Below are positions 47,956-58,314 of a DNA stretch of 64,000 bases, in pieces; the stretch's first letter is position 1; every line of letters begins with the position of its first letter. This stretch comes from Mustelus asterias. Its lineage: Eukaryota. The position numbers and the translations under genes were made by a program. The notes under the pieces were generated by a model. The model ran no database searches. It saw only the letters and a program-made list of their open reading frames with translations, and was not told the origin of the DNA. The DNA lies in contig NW_027590224.1 in the NCBI RefSeq assembly GCF_964213995.1, forward strand, positions 496,001 through 560,000, in the 5' to 3' direction.

Positions 47956-48452
47956 TATTTGCTACCAAATAAACCTGTTGGACTTTAACCTGGTGTTGTG
48001 AGACTTCTTACTGTGCTTACCCCAGTCCAACGCCGGCATCTCCACATCATAAAGGGGTTCAGACAGATAAACCCAGAGTCTGGTTCCTGTATTAAAGGGG
48101 TTCAGACAGATAAACCCAGAGTCTGGTTCCTGTATTAAAGGGGTTCAGACAGATAAACCCAGAGTCTGGTTCCTGTATTAAAGGGGTTCAGACAGATAAA
48201 CCCAGAGTCTGGTCCCTGTATTTATCTGATGTTTTTATTCTGTTTATTTTTAATTTATTCTATATTGTTTAATCCCTGCGGCGCTGTCGGTCTGACAGTG
48301 GAAACCGATTGTCCTGGTTTGCATTGGACAGCCACCAGCTCAGTCTGTGTCTCTGGATCTGTTCCCACTCTGCACTGAGTCTGCACCGCCTTCGTCATCC
48401 TCCCCTGGGGCTGAGGGCGGAGTCTGGACTGTGCCATTGTAGGACAGGGGGG

Positions 48453-48860
48453 AGTGAGGAATAATGTCCCAGTCTCTGTCAGGAAAAGCCGGGTTAAAAG
48501 CTGCTTTTCCCCTGAAGGGATTGGAGTGAAACAACAATCCGAGTGCCGGCTCCCGGGAAACTGTCCAGCCCACACCCGGGGAGAGGGAGGGGAGAGCGGG
48601 GATGGTCAGCACCCCCCTCTCTCTGTGTGAACGAACCCAGGTCCCGCCCCCTGACAGTGAGTGCGTGCTGCCTGTTGTCGGGGTGGAGATGGCGGTCTGG
48701 GACTGGGGGAAACACAGTGAGAAGTTTCACAGCCCCAGAGCTGATCCCTGTGCGGGGGGAATGGATGGAAAGGAGCTGCAGGGACTGTCAGTGTCTCAGA
48801 GCCGGGGGAAAGGGGGAAACTTTCCTTCATCCTCACCCCCATTCAGCTCTTTATTCTCTG
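48453..48860 (+). promoter_or_regulatory. Copy C of the promoter/first-exon module; variant exon body, donor mutated
   Basis: Shares a ~150-bp core with 52267-52440; atggatggaaaggagctgcag|ggactg at ~48761. Confidence 0.55.
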
Positions 48861-48964
48861 TCTCTGAGCCGGGGGAGAGTTTGTTTATTTCAGGAGTTTT
48901 GTGTTTCTCCCCCTGAGGGAGAAACCTTTCCTTTAGCATCCACTGGATCTGGGCCTGATATCCG

Positions 48965-49546
48965 CGCTGGGGGGGGGAGCCTGGGGGGGGGGGAGCCTGG
49001 GGGGGGGGGAGGGGATTTGGGGTGGGGGGGGTGTTTGAGGGGAGGGGGGCTGGGTGAGGGGGGAGGGGATTTGGGATGGGGGGATGTTGGGGGGTGGGGG
49101 GATGTTGGGGGGTGGGGGGATGTTGGGGGGTGGGGGGATGTTGGGGGGGGAGGGGATTTGGGGTGGGGGATGTTGGGGGGAGGGGGGATTTGGGGTGGGG
49201 GATGTTGGGGGGGTGGGGGATGTTGGGGGGGGAGGGGATTTGGGGTGGGGGGATGTTGGGGGGGGGATTTGGGGTGGGGGGATGTTGGGGGGGGAGGGGA
49301 TTTGGGGTGGGGGGATGTTGGGGGGAGGGGGGATTTGGGGTGGGGGGATGTTGGGGGGAGGGGGGATTTGGGGTGGGGGGATGTTGGGGGGAGGGGGGAT
49401 TTGGGGTGGGGGGATGTTGGGGGGGGAGGGGATTTGGGGTGGGGGGATGTTGGGGGGGTGGGATTTGGGGTGGGGGGATGTTGGGGGGGGTGGGATGTTG
49501 GGGGGGAGGGGATTTGGGGTGGGGGGATGTTTGGGGGGGGGGGGCG
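48965..49546. repeat. G-rich degenerate tandem repeat (ggggatttggggtggggggatgtt)n
   Basis: Directly visible; G-quadruplex-prone. Confidence 0.9.
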
Positions 49547-49569
49547 GTGTCACTGAGTTGTCGTTTTTC

Positions 49570-49650
49570 AACGGGAAACAAAATGGCCGCGGGAGGCGGG
49601 GCTGCTTCTGATTGACAGCCGGATTCAGAATCTGATTGGCTGTCCCGCTG
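49570..49650. promoter_or_regulatory. Promoter-like motif cluster (YY1-like caaaatggccgc, GC box, inverted CCAAT)
   Basis: Motifs read by eye, ~600 bp upstream of the candidate alternative exon. Confidence 0.35.
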
Positions 49651-50252
49651 AGTCTCCATTCAATGAAGTGGTGGAAATTCTCAGAGTTGAGCTTTCCAAT
49701 GGCATTTCTCTTCAGAACTTCTGTCTTTACATCAATTTCCAGCAGGTCAAGTATTTTTAGTTTCAATTCTATTCACAGTAATTATAATGATTATCTTTCT
49801 CTTCTGTTCCCACTGCCACATTCTTCAATAAAACCTCCCAAAGCCACAACCTCCAGTCTCCCCGAGAAGGACAAGGGCAGCAGGAACATGGGGAACACCA
49901 TCACCTCCAAGTTCCCCTCCCAGTCTCACACACAACGTCCCCACTTGGAGATATATCGGCCGTTCCTTCATTGTCACCGGGTCAAAATCCTGGAGCTCCC
50001 TCCCTAACGGCACTGTGGGAGCACCTTCACCACACGGGACTGAAACCGTTCAAGAAGAAGCCCCATCACCACCTTGGACACTGAAACAAGACCAACAGCA
50101 ACTAAATGGAGCGATCAATGTGTCCTGGGCACTGAAGTCAACTCAATCACAACAATGAGGAAGGGCTTGTTTATTCTGAAGCGTGGATATTATTACAAAC
50201 CGTGAGCATTGAGACCACACGGACAGTAAAACATGTTCCAAATCACAGCAAC

Positions 50253-50297
50253 ATGAGGAGAGACCCTCCCCAGCCATCAGTTCAGTCTGTCTCAAAG
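50253..50297 (+). CDS. Candidate alternative first coding exon (MRRDPPQPSVQSVSK) of the B7-like gene
   Basis: ATG...AAG|GTAAGT consensus donor; 15 codons, phase 0, compatible with the exon at 54075. Confidence 0.35.
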
Positions 50298-50479
50298 GTA
50301 AGTGTCAGTTTTTTCTCCTCATTTGAACATTGTTCGAATATTAATGACTGATCTGAATTTTTATAGCGGTTTATTTAACAATTATCACCTGTTAGAGGTG
50401 GAGATTGATGTATAAATACTGCAAATAAACTAGTAACAACTCAGTGATTCCACTTCCAATAGTGGGTGTGCGATCCTTG

Positions 50480-50622
50480 AGGAAACCGGAGCACCCGGAG
50501 GAAACCCACGCAGACACGAGGAGAATGTGCAAACTCCACACAGACAGTGACCCAAGCCGGGAATCGAACCGGGTCCCTGGAGCTGTGAAGCAGCAGTGCT
50601 AACCACTGTGCTACCGTGTCGC
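50480..50622 (-). mobile_element. V-SINE head fragment
   Basis: tRNA-like head and V-domain on the minus strand. Confidence 0.8.
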
Positions 50623-50661
50623 TCTTGTTCAGTTTTTATTCACCACGTGAGCTCGACAACA

Positions 50662-50676
50662 TCGCCATCTGCTGGC
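50662..50676 (-). promoter_or_regulatory. CTCF-like site
   Basis: CCAGCAGATGGCGA fits the CCASYAGRKGGCR consensus. Confidence 0.4.
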
Positions 50677-50678
50677 TG

Positions 50679-51406
50679 TGAGGTGTTGAGGGGTGAACAT
50701 CCCATGAATCTCCAATGATCTTGGCCATTTGTAAAAGAAAAAGTGAGCTCCTGCAAAAGTGCAAACGCAGCTGGTTGCAGTAAGATAAATTGAAGTAAAT
50801 TCTTAGCTTGAAAGCTGTGTTGTTTTGTCAAGGTTCGTTTTTCAGAGACCCTTACGTACTTGATGCAAGAGCAAGACACTGATCTGTACAAGAAAACCCA
50901 GTCCTTTATTTTCAAGCAAGTATAAGCTTTTGGAGGATTGCTTTACTAACTCAGCACAGTGTGCTGAACTTCGCCGAGCAATATTCTCCGAACAGGGGGG
51001 GAAGTTCCTCCCTTTACACTCTTTTTACAGCAATCGGTCACGTACACAGTATAACTTCACCCAGATCACGTGCTTAGCAACAGTAAATACAAAGACAGTA
51101 TGTGAGTAAAAATATGCCAAAAACCCACCCCCTGTTGCCATGGAAACTGCACGTCCACCATTGCCCGAGTGTGAGATAGCAACCGTTCCCATATATCTTG
51201 GGACGCTACTTTGCACATAAAGCGAATGTTATCTCCTTCAAACAAGGACAGCATTAGCTGAGTTGATATAGGGAATATGTTACCAGCACTAATTGTTCCA
51301 GACAGCAAGTTAATCACAGCTGCGTTTGCAAAGTTCAAAAGTTCAAGCACACAATTTTTAAAAACATCATAGGAGATTCATGGGATGTTAACCCCTTAAC
51401 ATCTCA
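50679..51406 (-). mobile_element. ERV 3' LTR (728 bp) with 41-bp terminal inverted repeats
   Basis: TG..CA; PPT aaaaggagggaa at 51407-51418; AATAAA at 50905-50910 on the minus strand. Confidence 0.8.
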
Positions 51407-51469
51407 TTCCCTCCTTTTATCATTCCATGATAACACTAACCTCTTTTGAGGGGAACTTGTGCTCTATGA

Positions 51470-52151
51470 TATGCTAGGCATTGGCAGACAACCTGCAATA
51501 AGCCTAGCAGTAAGCAAACTACCAGGATAATGACTCGCAGGTGCATCAACATCCCTCCCCAGTCTCCAAAGAGGTTACTAAAAGGCCACCAGCCAGGAGG
51601 ATTGGAGTTCTTAAAGTTTTGCCCATCAGCCCTTATTTTGTCAGTGGTCTTTTTTTAATATGCTCAGCTAAATCAGTGATATTGTGGGAGGCGTCTGGAA
51701 TGTATGTACAGCGCTCGGAGCCTATTAGGGCACAGGTGCCTCCTGTTGCTGCCAACAAGTAATCTAAAGCCATTTGATTTTGGAGTGCCACCGTCCGTAT
51801 AGCTACGACTTCAGCTGAAACTTCGGAGATAGCGGTGCTCACATCCTCTAATCCATCCGCAGTATCATTAGCTATTTTCTCAAGAGCTGATGCCATATTG
51901 ATCAGTTCTCGAGCTGCTATGGCGGTCCCATAGGCAGGAAAGGCTATCATCCAAAACCGTTGAGCTTCGGTGATGGCCCGTTTAGATCTTAACAGATGTA
52001 TCTTGGGGTGGAGATGCAGGGAGTCATAATGTCGGACATAGGGGACCACATACGCGAGATAGCAAGATCCAGACCAGTCCCAGGGAAGCCAAGGATAGGC
52101 GTTATCTCCACAGACAAAATAGGTGCCATTATACACTACCATAGGGACCAC
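51470..52151 (-). pseudogene. env: Gamma-type retroviral env fragment (SU end + TM)
   Basis: YFVCG..AY.WLP.DW.GSC; furin RSKR; fusion peptide; ISD LQNQMALDYLLA; degenerate CX6CC; frameshifted TM helix. Confidence 0.9.
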
Positions 52152-52266
52152 CTGTTTGGTTTGTGATGTCTGCTTTGTAATAAACAGTTCTTCTGTTTAT
52201 TGTAGAAATAGAAAAAAAAAGGGGCTGAGGGCGAAGTCTGGACTCTCCCATTCAGAGACACAGGGG

Positions 52267-52551
52267 GAGTGAGGAATAATGTCCCAGCCTCTGTCAGGAA
52301 AAGCCGGGTTAAAAGCTGCTTTTCCCCTGAAGGGATTGGAGTGAAACAACAATCCGAGTGCCGGCTCCCGGGAAACTGTCCAGCCCACACCCGGGGAGAG
52401 GGAGCAGAGAGCGGGGATGGTCAGCACCGCCTCTCTGTGTGAATGGGACCGCAGCAGGTCCCGCCCCATTTCCTGCTCAGCGTGACAGTGAATGTGTTTG
52501 TGTCTCTCCTGCTCTCAGTGTGGAGTCTCCGAGCTGGTCCCTGTGTGCGGA
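52267..52551 (+). promoter_or_regulatory. Copy D: promoter/5' UTR of the B7-like gene
   Basis: GC box and ETS-like site directly upstream of a strong Kozak ATG at 52552. Confidence 0.55.
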
Positions 52552-52572
52552 ATGGATGGAAATGAGCTGCAG
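52552..52572 (+). CDS. B7-like gene exon 1 coding part (MDGNELQ)
   Basis: cggaATGG Kozak; CAG|GTACTG donor; phase 0 matches the next exon. Confidence 0.55.
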
Positions 52573-53313
52573 GTACTGTCAGTGTCTCAGAGCCGGGGGG
52601 GGAATGGATGGAAAGGAGCTGCAGGGACTGTCAGTGTCTCAGAGCCGGGGGGGAATGGATGGAAAGGAGCTGCAGGGACTGTCAGTGTCTCAGAGCCGGG
52701 GGGGAATGGATGGAAAGGAGCTGCAGGTACTGTCAGTGTCTCAGAGCCGGGGGGGAATGGATGGAAAGGAGCTGCAGGGACTGTCAGTGTCTCAGAGCCG
52801 GGGGGGAATGGATGGAAAGGAGCTGCAGGGACTGTCAGTGTCTCAGAGCCGGGGGGGAATGGATGGAAAGGAGCTGCAGGGACTGTCAGTGTCTCAGAGC
52901 CGGGGGGGAATGGATGGAAAGGAGCTGCAGGGACTGTCAGTGTCTCAGAGCCGGGGAGAAATGGATGGAAAGGAGCTGCAGGGACTGTCAGTGTCTCAGA
53001 GCCGGGGAGAAATGGATGGAAAGGAGCTGCAGGGACTGTCAGTGTCTCAGAGCCGGGGAGAAATGGATGGAAAGGAGCTGCAGGGACTGTCAGTGTCTCA
53101 GAGCCGGGGGGGAATGGATGGAAAGGAGCTGCAGGGACTGTCAGTGTCTCAGAGCCGGGGGGGAATGGATGGAAAGGAGCTGCAGGGACTGTCAGTGTCT
53201 CAGAGCCGGGGGGGGATGGATGGAAAGGAGCTGCAGGGACTGTCAGTGCCTCAGATCCGGGGTGGAATGGATGGAAAGGAGCTGCAGGGACTGTCAGTGT
53301 CTCAGAGCCGGGG
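52552..53313 (+). repeat. 51-bp tandem array (~15 units) of the exon-1 ATG/donor segment
   Basis: (atggatggaaaggagctgcagggactgtcagtgtctcagagccgggggga)n. Confidence 0.95.
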
Positions 53314-53713
53314 TTCAGGCTCTGGGTTGGGAATGAGGGTTTGCTCCTGGAGACAGTGTGGGGATTAGTCAGAGAGGCTGCAAAGTGACCAGAGTCAGGA
53401 TGGTGTGAAGCAGCTGGAAATGTCCAGGGGGGGCGGGGGGGGCTGTGAGCTTTGGGGGGGGGGGGTTCGGGGTGAATGAGTTGTTGGTCTTTTGGTTGTG
53501 ATCCAGCCCAAGGTGGGGTGCAATGCCTTGTCTTGTCAGTTTGGATCTTGTTTGTCTCTGTTTTGGGGAACATTTGGATTCAGTTTGATTTTGGAACTAG
53601 GAATGGATTTGGGTTTTCCGCTCTGCAATGGTTTTGTGCTGTCAGTAAAATCCGGAGCGAGGAGTGGGGTTGATGGTGGGGGGAATGCGGAGATCCGGAG
53701 GAAGAACTTGTAC

Positions 53714-54005
53714 AGTGCGCATGCTCCTCTCCCGGGTCCGGCACTCCTGTGTCACTGCGCAGGCTCCCCTGCCGGCACCGGCACTGCTGTGTCTGCGCAT
53801 GCTCCTTTCCCGGGTCCGGCGCTGCTGTGTCTGCGCATGATCCTTTCCCGGTTCCGGCGCTGCTGTGTCACTGCGCAGGCTCCTCCCGGGAGCGGGCGCT
53901 GCTGCGTCAGTGCGCATGCTCCACTTGCGGGCGCGGACCTGGCTCCAGCCGCATGCGCCCCTGTCAACCTTCACCCAGGGGCGGCACCGAACACGCATGC
54001 GCTGA
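53714..54005. repeat. CpG-rich ~38-40-bp degenerate repeat with gcgcatgc (NRF1-like) motifs
   Basis: About 6 units read directly. Confidence 0.7.
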
Positions 54006-54074
54006 GCCCAGCTCTGATCCATCATCAGGAAGTGAACCTGTTGTAAAGGGGGTAACTGTGTTTTCTTGTTGCAG

Positions 54075-54132
54075 GGACACACCTTCCACAAACTACTCCT
54101 GCTGCTGCTCAGTGTTGTTGCTGCTGTTTCAG
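54075..54132 (+). CDS. B7-like gene signal-peptide exon (GHTFHKLLLLLLSVVAAVS)
   Basis: ttttcttgttgcag acceptor, CAG|GTAAGA donor, phase 0 to 1, hydrophobic core. Confidence 0.75.
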
Positions 54133-54538
54133 GTAAGAGCTGTGACTGCTGGAACATTTCAGCTCTGATCAAAGGGATGGGGGGGTCAGGAATACATTTT
54201 GCTTTAAGCTGCTGTGTGAACTGTAAGTGGAGCCATTGAGAGAGTGGGGGATTGAACTGGGAATTGTCTGGGAGCATGGGGAGCAGAGTCAACAGGACTG
54301 GGAATTGGGCTTTGGGTCCTTGGAGGGGACAGAGTCGGTCATTGAGGGAGTCATCACAGTAGCTTCACATCACACACTATGATCATGAGTTGTTTTGACG
54401 ATTCCCAGGTTGGGCTGAGCTGTCTGGCTGGGATAGCCCCCTATTGTCACAAACCAGGGTGAGGAGGGATGTGTGGCCCCATGTCTTTACTCAACCCACC
54501 CTTTCTCTGCTGGTAACAACAAAGGTTTAATCTAACAA

Positions 54539-54632
54539 GGGCCCCTTTTCCCTTGGGCCCCTTTTCCCTTGGGCCCCTTTTCCCTTGGGCCCCTTTTCCC
54601 TTGGGCCCCTTTTCCCTTGGGCCCCTTTTCCC
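54539..54632. repeat. 16-bp tandem repeat (gggccccttttccctt), ~6 copies
   Basis: Directly visible. Confidence 0.9.
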
Positions 54633-55105
54633 GAGCCAATAGCTTCAAAGGGACAAATTCAACCAGGTTTTCTTAAATTAAGCTGGAGTAAGATTATAAA
54701 TTATCAAAAGGGTAAAAGAAATGGGAAAACACATGCGTCTGCATTCATAAGTTTTAGAAATTAGGTCAATAGTTAGTAAATATAAAGAAAAAAGATTACA
54801 GGGAACAATCCTTGATTTGCGAGGAATAGATGATGATGATGATGCATTGTAGCCGTTGCGATTCTTTTCAGTATATTTGGCTTTTGTTGGTAAACAGTTG
54901 ATTCTTTTAGTTTGGTAACGATTTCTGTTCTTTACCTAGCTGCCATCCTTCTGCTGGCTCATTGATTTTCGGAGCAAGTTTTAGATAGCCCTGCAAAACT
55001 GCCTATTGTTTTACAGGTGCCCTGCCTTACTATATCACCTTGAAATGGATAACAGGTCTATCACATGAGGAGAGACTAAGTCAGTTAGGATTATACTCCA
55101 CTGGA

Positions 55106-56447
55106 CAAACAAAACAAAGAACAAAGAACAATACAGCACAGGAACAGGCCCTTCGGCCCTCCAAGCCCGCGCCGCTCCCCGGTCCAGGATTGAATCCTGA
55201 ATCCAGGATCCCCGCCCAATTTTCCAGCCTATCTACATACCAATATCCTATCCACCGAGCTGTCCCTCACAGCTACGATGCTTTGTTCATTACAACCTAT
55301 TAACTTACCCCCACCCCCCCATTCCAGACCATGTGATCTCCAGGGAGAGGCGAAAACCCAGAGTGAAAAACCCCAGGGCCAATATGGGGAAAAAAAATCT
55401 GGGAAATTCCTCTCCGACCCCCTGAGGCGATCGAAACGAGTCCAGGAGATCACAATGGCCCCGATCGGAAAATGCTTCCCAACCCTAGTCATTTCCACTT
55501 CCATGAACACCATATGAATTCCCTGCCCCCGAGACAGGTTCCCAACTATCCGCAGTCTCACTCTGTACTGGCACCAGCAAGATGATCATAGAATGAAGCC
55601 TTGAAACGAGAAACCAGGAACAATTAGCCCGCGCCGCTCCCTGGTCCAAACTAGACCACTCTTTTGTATCCCTCCATTCCCACTCCGTTCATATAGCTGT
55701 CTAGATAAGTCTTAAACGTTCCCAGTGTGTCCGCCTCCACCACCTTGCCCGGCAACACATTCCAGGCCCCCACGACCCTCTGTGTGAAATATGTCCTTCT
55801 GATATCTGTGTTAAACCTCCCCCCCTTCACCTTGAACCTATGACCCCTCGTGAACGTCACCACCGACCCGGGGAAAAGCTTCCCACCGTTCACCCTATCT
55901 ATGCCTTTCATAATTTTATACACCTCTATTAAGTCTCCCCTCATCCTCCGTCTTTCCAAGGAGAACAACCCCAGTTTCCCCAATCTCTCCTCATAACCAA
56001 GCCCCTCCATACCAGGCAACATCCTGGTAAACCTCCTCTGTACTCTCTCCAAAGCCTCCACGTCCTTCTGGTAGTGTGGCGACCAGAACTGGACGCAGTA
56101 TTCCAAATGCGGCCGAACCAACGTTCTATACATCTGCAACATCAGACCCCAACTTTTATACTCTATGCCCCGTCCTATAAAGGCAAGCATGCCATATGCC
56201 TTCTTCACCACCTTCTCCACCTGTGACGTCACCTTCAAAGATCTGTGGACTTGCACACCCAGGTCCCTCTGCGTCTCTACACCCTTTATGGTTCTTCCAT
56301 TTATCGTGTAGCTCCTCCCTACATTATTCCCACCAAAATGCATCACTTCGCATTTATCAGGATTGAACTCCATCTGCCATTTCCCTGCCCAAATTTCCAG
56401 CCTATCTATATCCTTCTGTAGCCTCTGACAATGTTCCTCACTATCTA
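55106..56447 (-). mobile_element. 5'-truncated CR1 LINE with a long 3' UTR, nested in an older + strand CR1 3' fragment (55045-55100, 56448-56830)
   Basis: ORF2 C-terminus 56373-55651; (gttcttt)n tail; the host fragment resumes after the insertion. Confidence 0.85.
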
Positions 56448-58314
56448 TCTATGGAGTTTAGAAGAGTGAGAGGGGATCTCACAGAAACCTTTAACAGGGT
56501 TAGACAGGATAGATTCAGAAAGAATGTTCCAAATGGTGGGGAAGTCCAGCACTAGTGGTCATAGTTTGAGGATAAGGGGTAAACCTTTTTAGAGCTGAGG
56601 TGAGGAGAAATTTCTTCACCCAGAGGGTGGTGAATGTGAAATTCATACTACAGAAAGTAGTTGAGGCCAAAACGTTGTGTGATTTCGTGAAGTAATTAGA
56701 TATAGTTCTTGGGGCTATTTGGGGAGAAAGGGGGGGGATCAGGATTTTGAATTCAATGATAAGCCATGATCATAACGAATGACGGAGCAGGATCGAAGGG
56801 CCGAATGGTCTACTCCTGTTTCTAGTTTATGTGGCAAACACCCAGTTGCTAATTCTCAGCACACTGACTGACAGGCATAATGGGAGAACACCTTCTTCCA
56901 AGAGGAAAACGGGATACTGGTCTGTCCAGGAAATTAGCACCCACACACTTTGAGATGAAAAACTTGCTTTGTCACTCAGATTTCGGATGCTTTTTATCAG
57001 TAACGTATCTGGAAGCAGATAGGAGTGTTCCATTGCCCCCTCGAGAAATCCCCTGTAGCCATTCCTGTCCGTGGCAGGTTGTGAATTTTCAGCAATCTTC
57101 ACTGTCTGGTGTCCATTTTTAAAATATACAAATATCCAGCACAAGCTGGTTTTAGTTGAAGGCCCTCAATGCCTGAGCTTTAACCTTCCCACACAAATGA
57201 AAGCAGTGAGGTACTGATCAGGACTTCTTGTAAATCAAGCATGGCAGTGTAACCATGTGAAGCTTGGGATGTAATGTACCAGCAGGAGGTTATATCTGTG
57301 GATAAATACTTTCAATCTGTCACCCCCCCCCCCCCCCCTGCTGACAACTATATGCTCTGACCAGCTGAGTTAAGTAAAGCTGTACCTGGGATGTGCTTGA
57401 TGTTATAATGTTCACTTAACAGGATCCTGAGTTCTTGGCGGTTGGTGTTGAGCTCGGCTAAATTTCCTATTTACTAATAAATGTCAGTACAGGCGTGAAT
57501 GAAAAGGATTAGTGTATGCAGTTGCAATCTAGAGTAATAACCTATTAATAATAGCGCGGTGCCTCCTAAAATGGTAAGTATGTAAACCTTATAATAAGAA
57601 AAGGTTCAGGAGAACCATGCAAAAGGAATAACAAAAATAAATGTATTTTCTTGCATTATTGCGTCTCATAAAACAGGTAAAGAGCCCAAACTAAAGATTT
57701 TTCAATTAAACAGTTTCAACCCTGAGAAATGTTCAAAATATTACCAAGCGCTTGGATTTATAAATGTTGGGGCCCATACGTTGGTGCACATATGAAGAAA
57801 ACACGCCCTCATCAACACACTGCCGATACCGTTCAGTGTCTGATAGTATAGTCTCCAGTTACTCACGCAACCACGACACACACAGTCCAGAAGGGTCTGC
57901 GAGCGGGAAGATTATGCAGCAGGAAAAGAAAATGCAGCAAGCTGTCCGTGTAGTGACGCAGGTCCAGTGCGCTGAAGTCTGTCCTCCTCGGCAGTGCGAC
58001 TTAGCAAGTTAGCTTCAGCTAATCCTCACTCTCTCCGTCTTCTCAGTGAAAACTACGCCCAGCAGTTTCTAGCCGAAACGTCCACACTTGAGAGTACAAG
58101 ACAATGCGCTTCACACTTTTTCTCAGCAGTAATGAAAATAACAAACAGGACTAAACCTTGCTGCCTTTCACTTCAAACTGGAAAAAAACGAGTTACTAAA
58201 CTGCGACAAACACGAGCTTTAACTGCACAGTAATATTTGTGCCCGTACTGTGAAGTATGTTAGACGACAAATATTATTTGCCTCGATGTTAAAACTGGGT
58301 TTTTACCGCATGGA

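Larger units (their letters stand above)
47539..48049. mobile_element. Penelope insertion made of two inverted pLTR pieces
   Basis: Minus pLTR lacking the tail, then plus pLTR with the tail; taaaggggttca on both sides. Confidence 0.85.
47398..48220. repeat. 43-bp tandem repeat (taaaggggttcagacagataaacccagagtctggttcctgtat), ~7 units, split by Penelope
   Basis: Units at 47398-47538 and 48050-48220. Confidence 0.9.

Noticed and set aside
40814-49766. Pro-rich or Gly-rich extensin-like ORFs at 40814-42049 and 48543-49766
   Set aside because: C-rich and G-rich low-complexity tracts.
51633-52151. Syncytin-like captured env
   Set aside because: 5'-truncated, CX6CC degenerate and frameshifted before the TM helix.
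47398-53313. CRISPR-like appearance of the 43-bp and 51-bp repeats
   Set aside because: No unique spacers, no cas genes, vertebrate context.
57485-58250. Possible DNA transposon with cagtac(a/g)ggc termini
   Set aside because: Only a 9/10-bp inverted match, with no TSD and no transposase trace.
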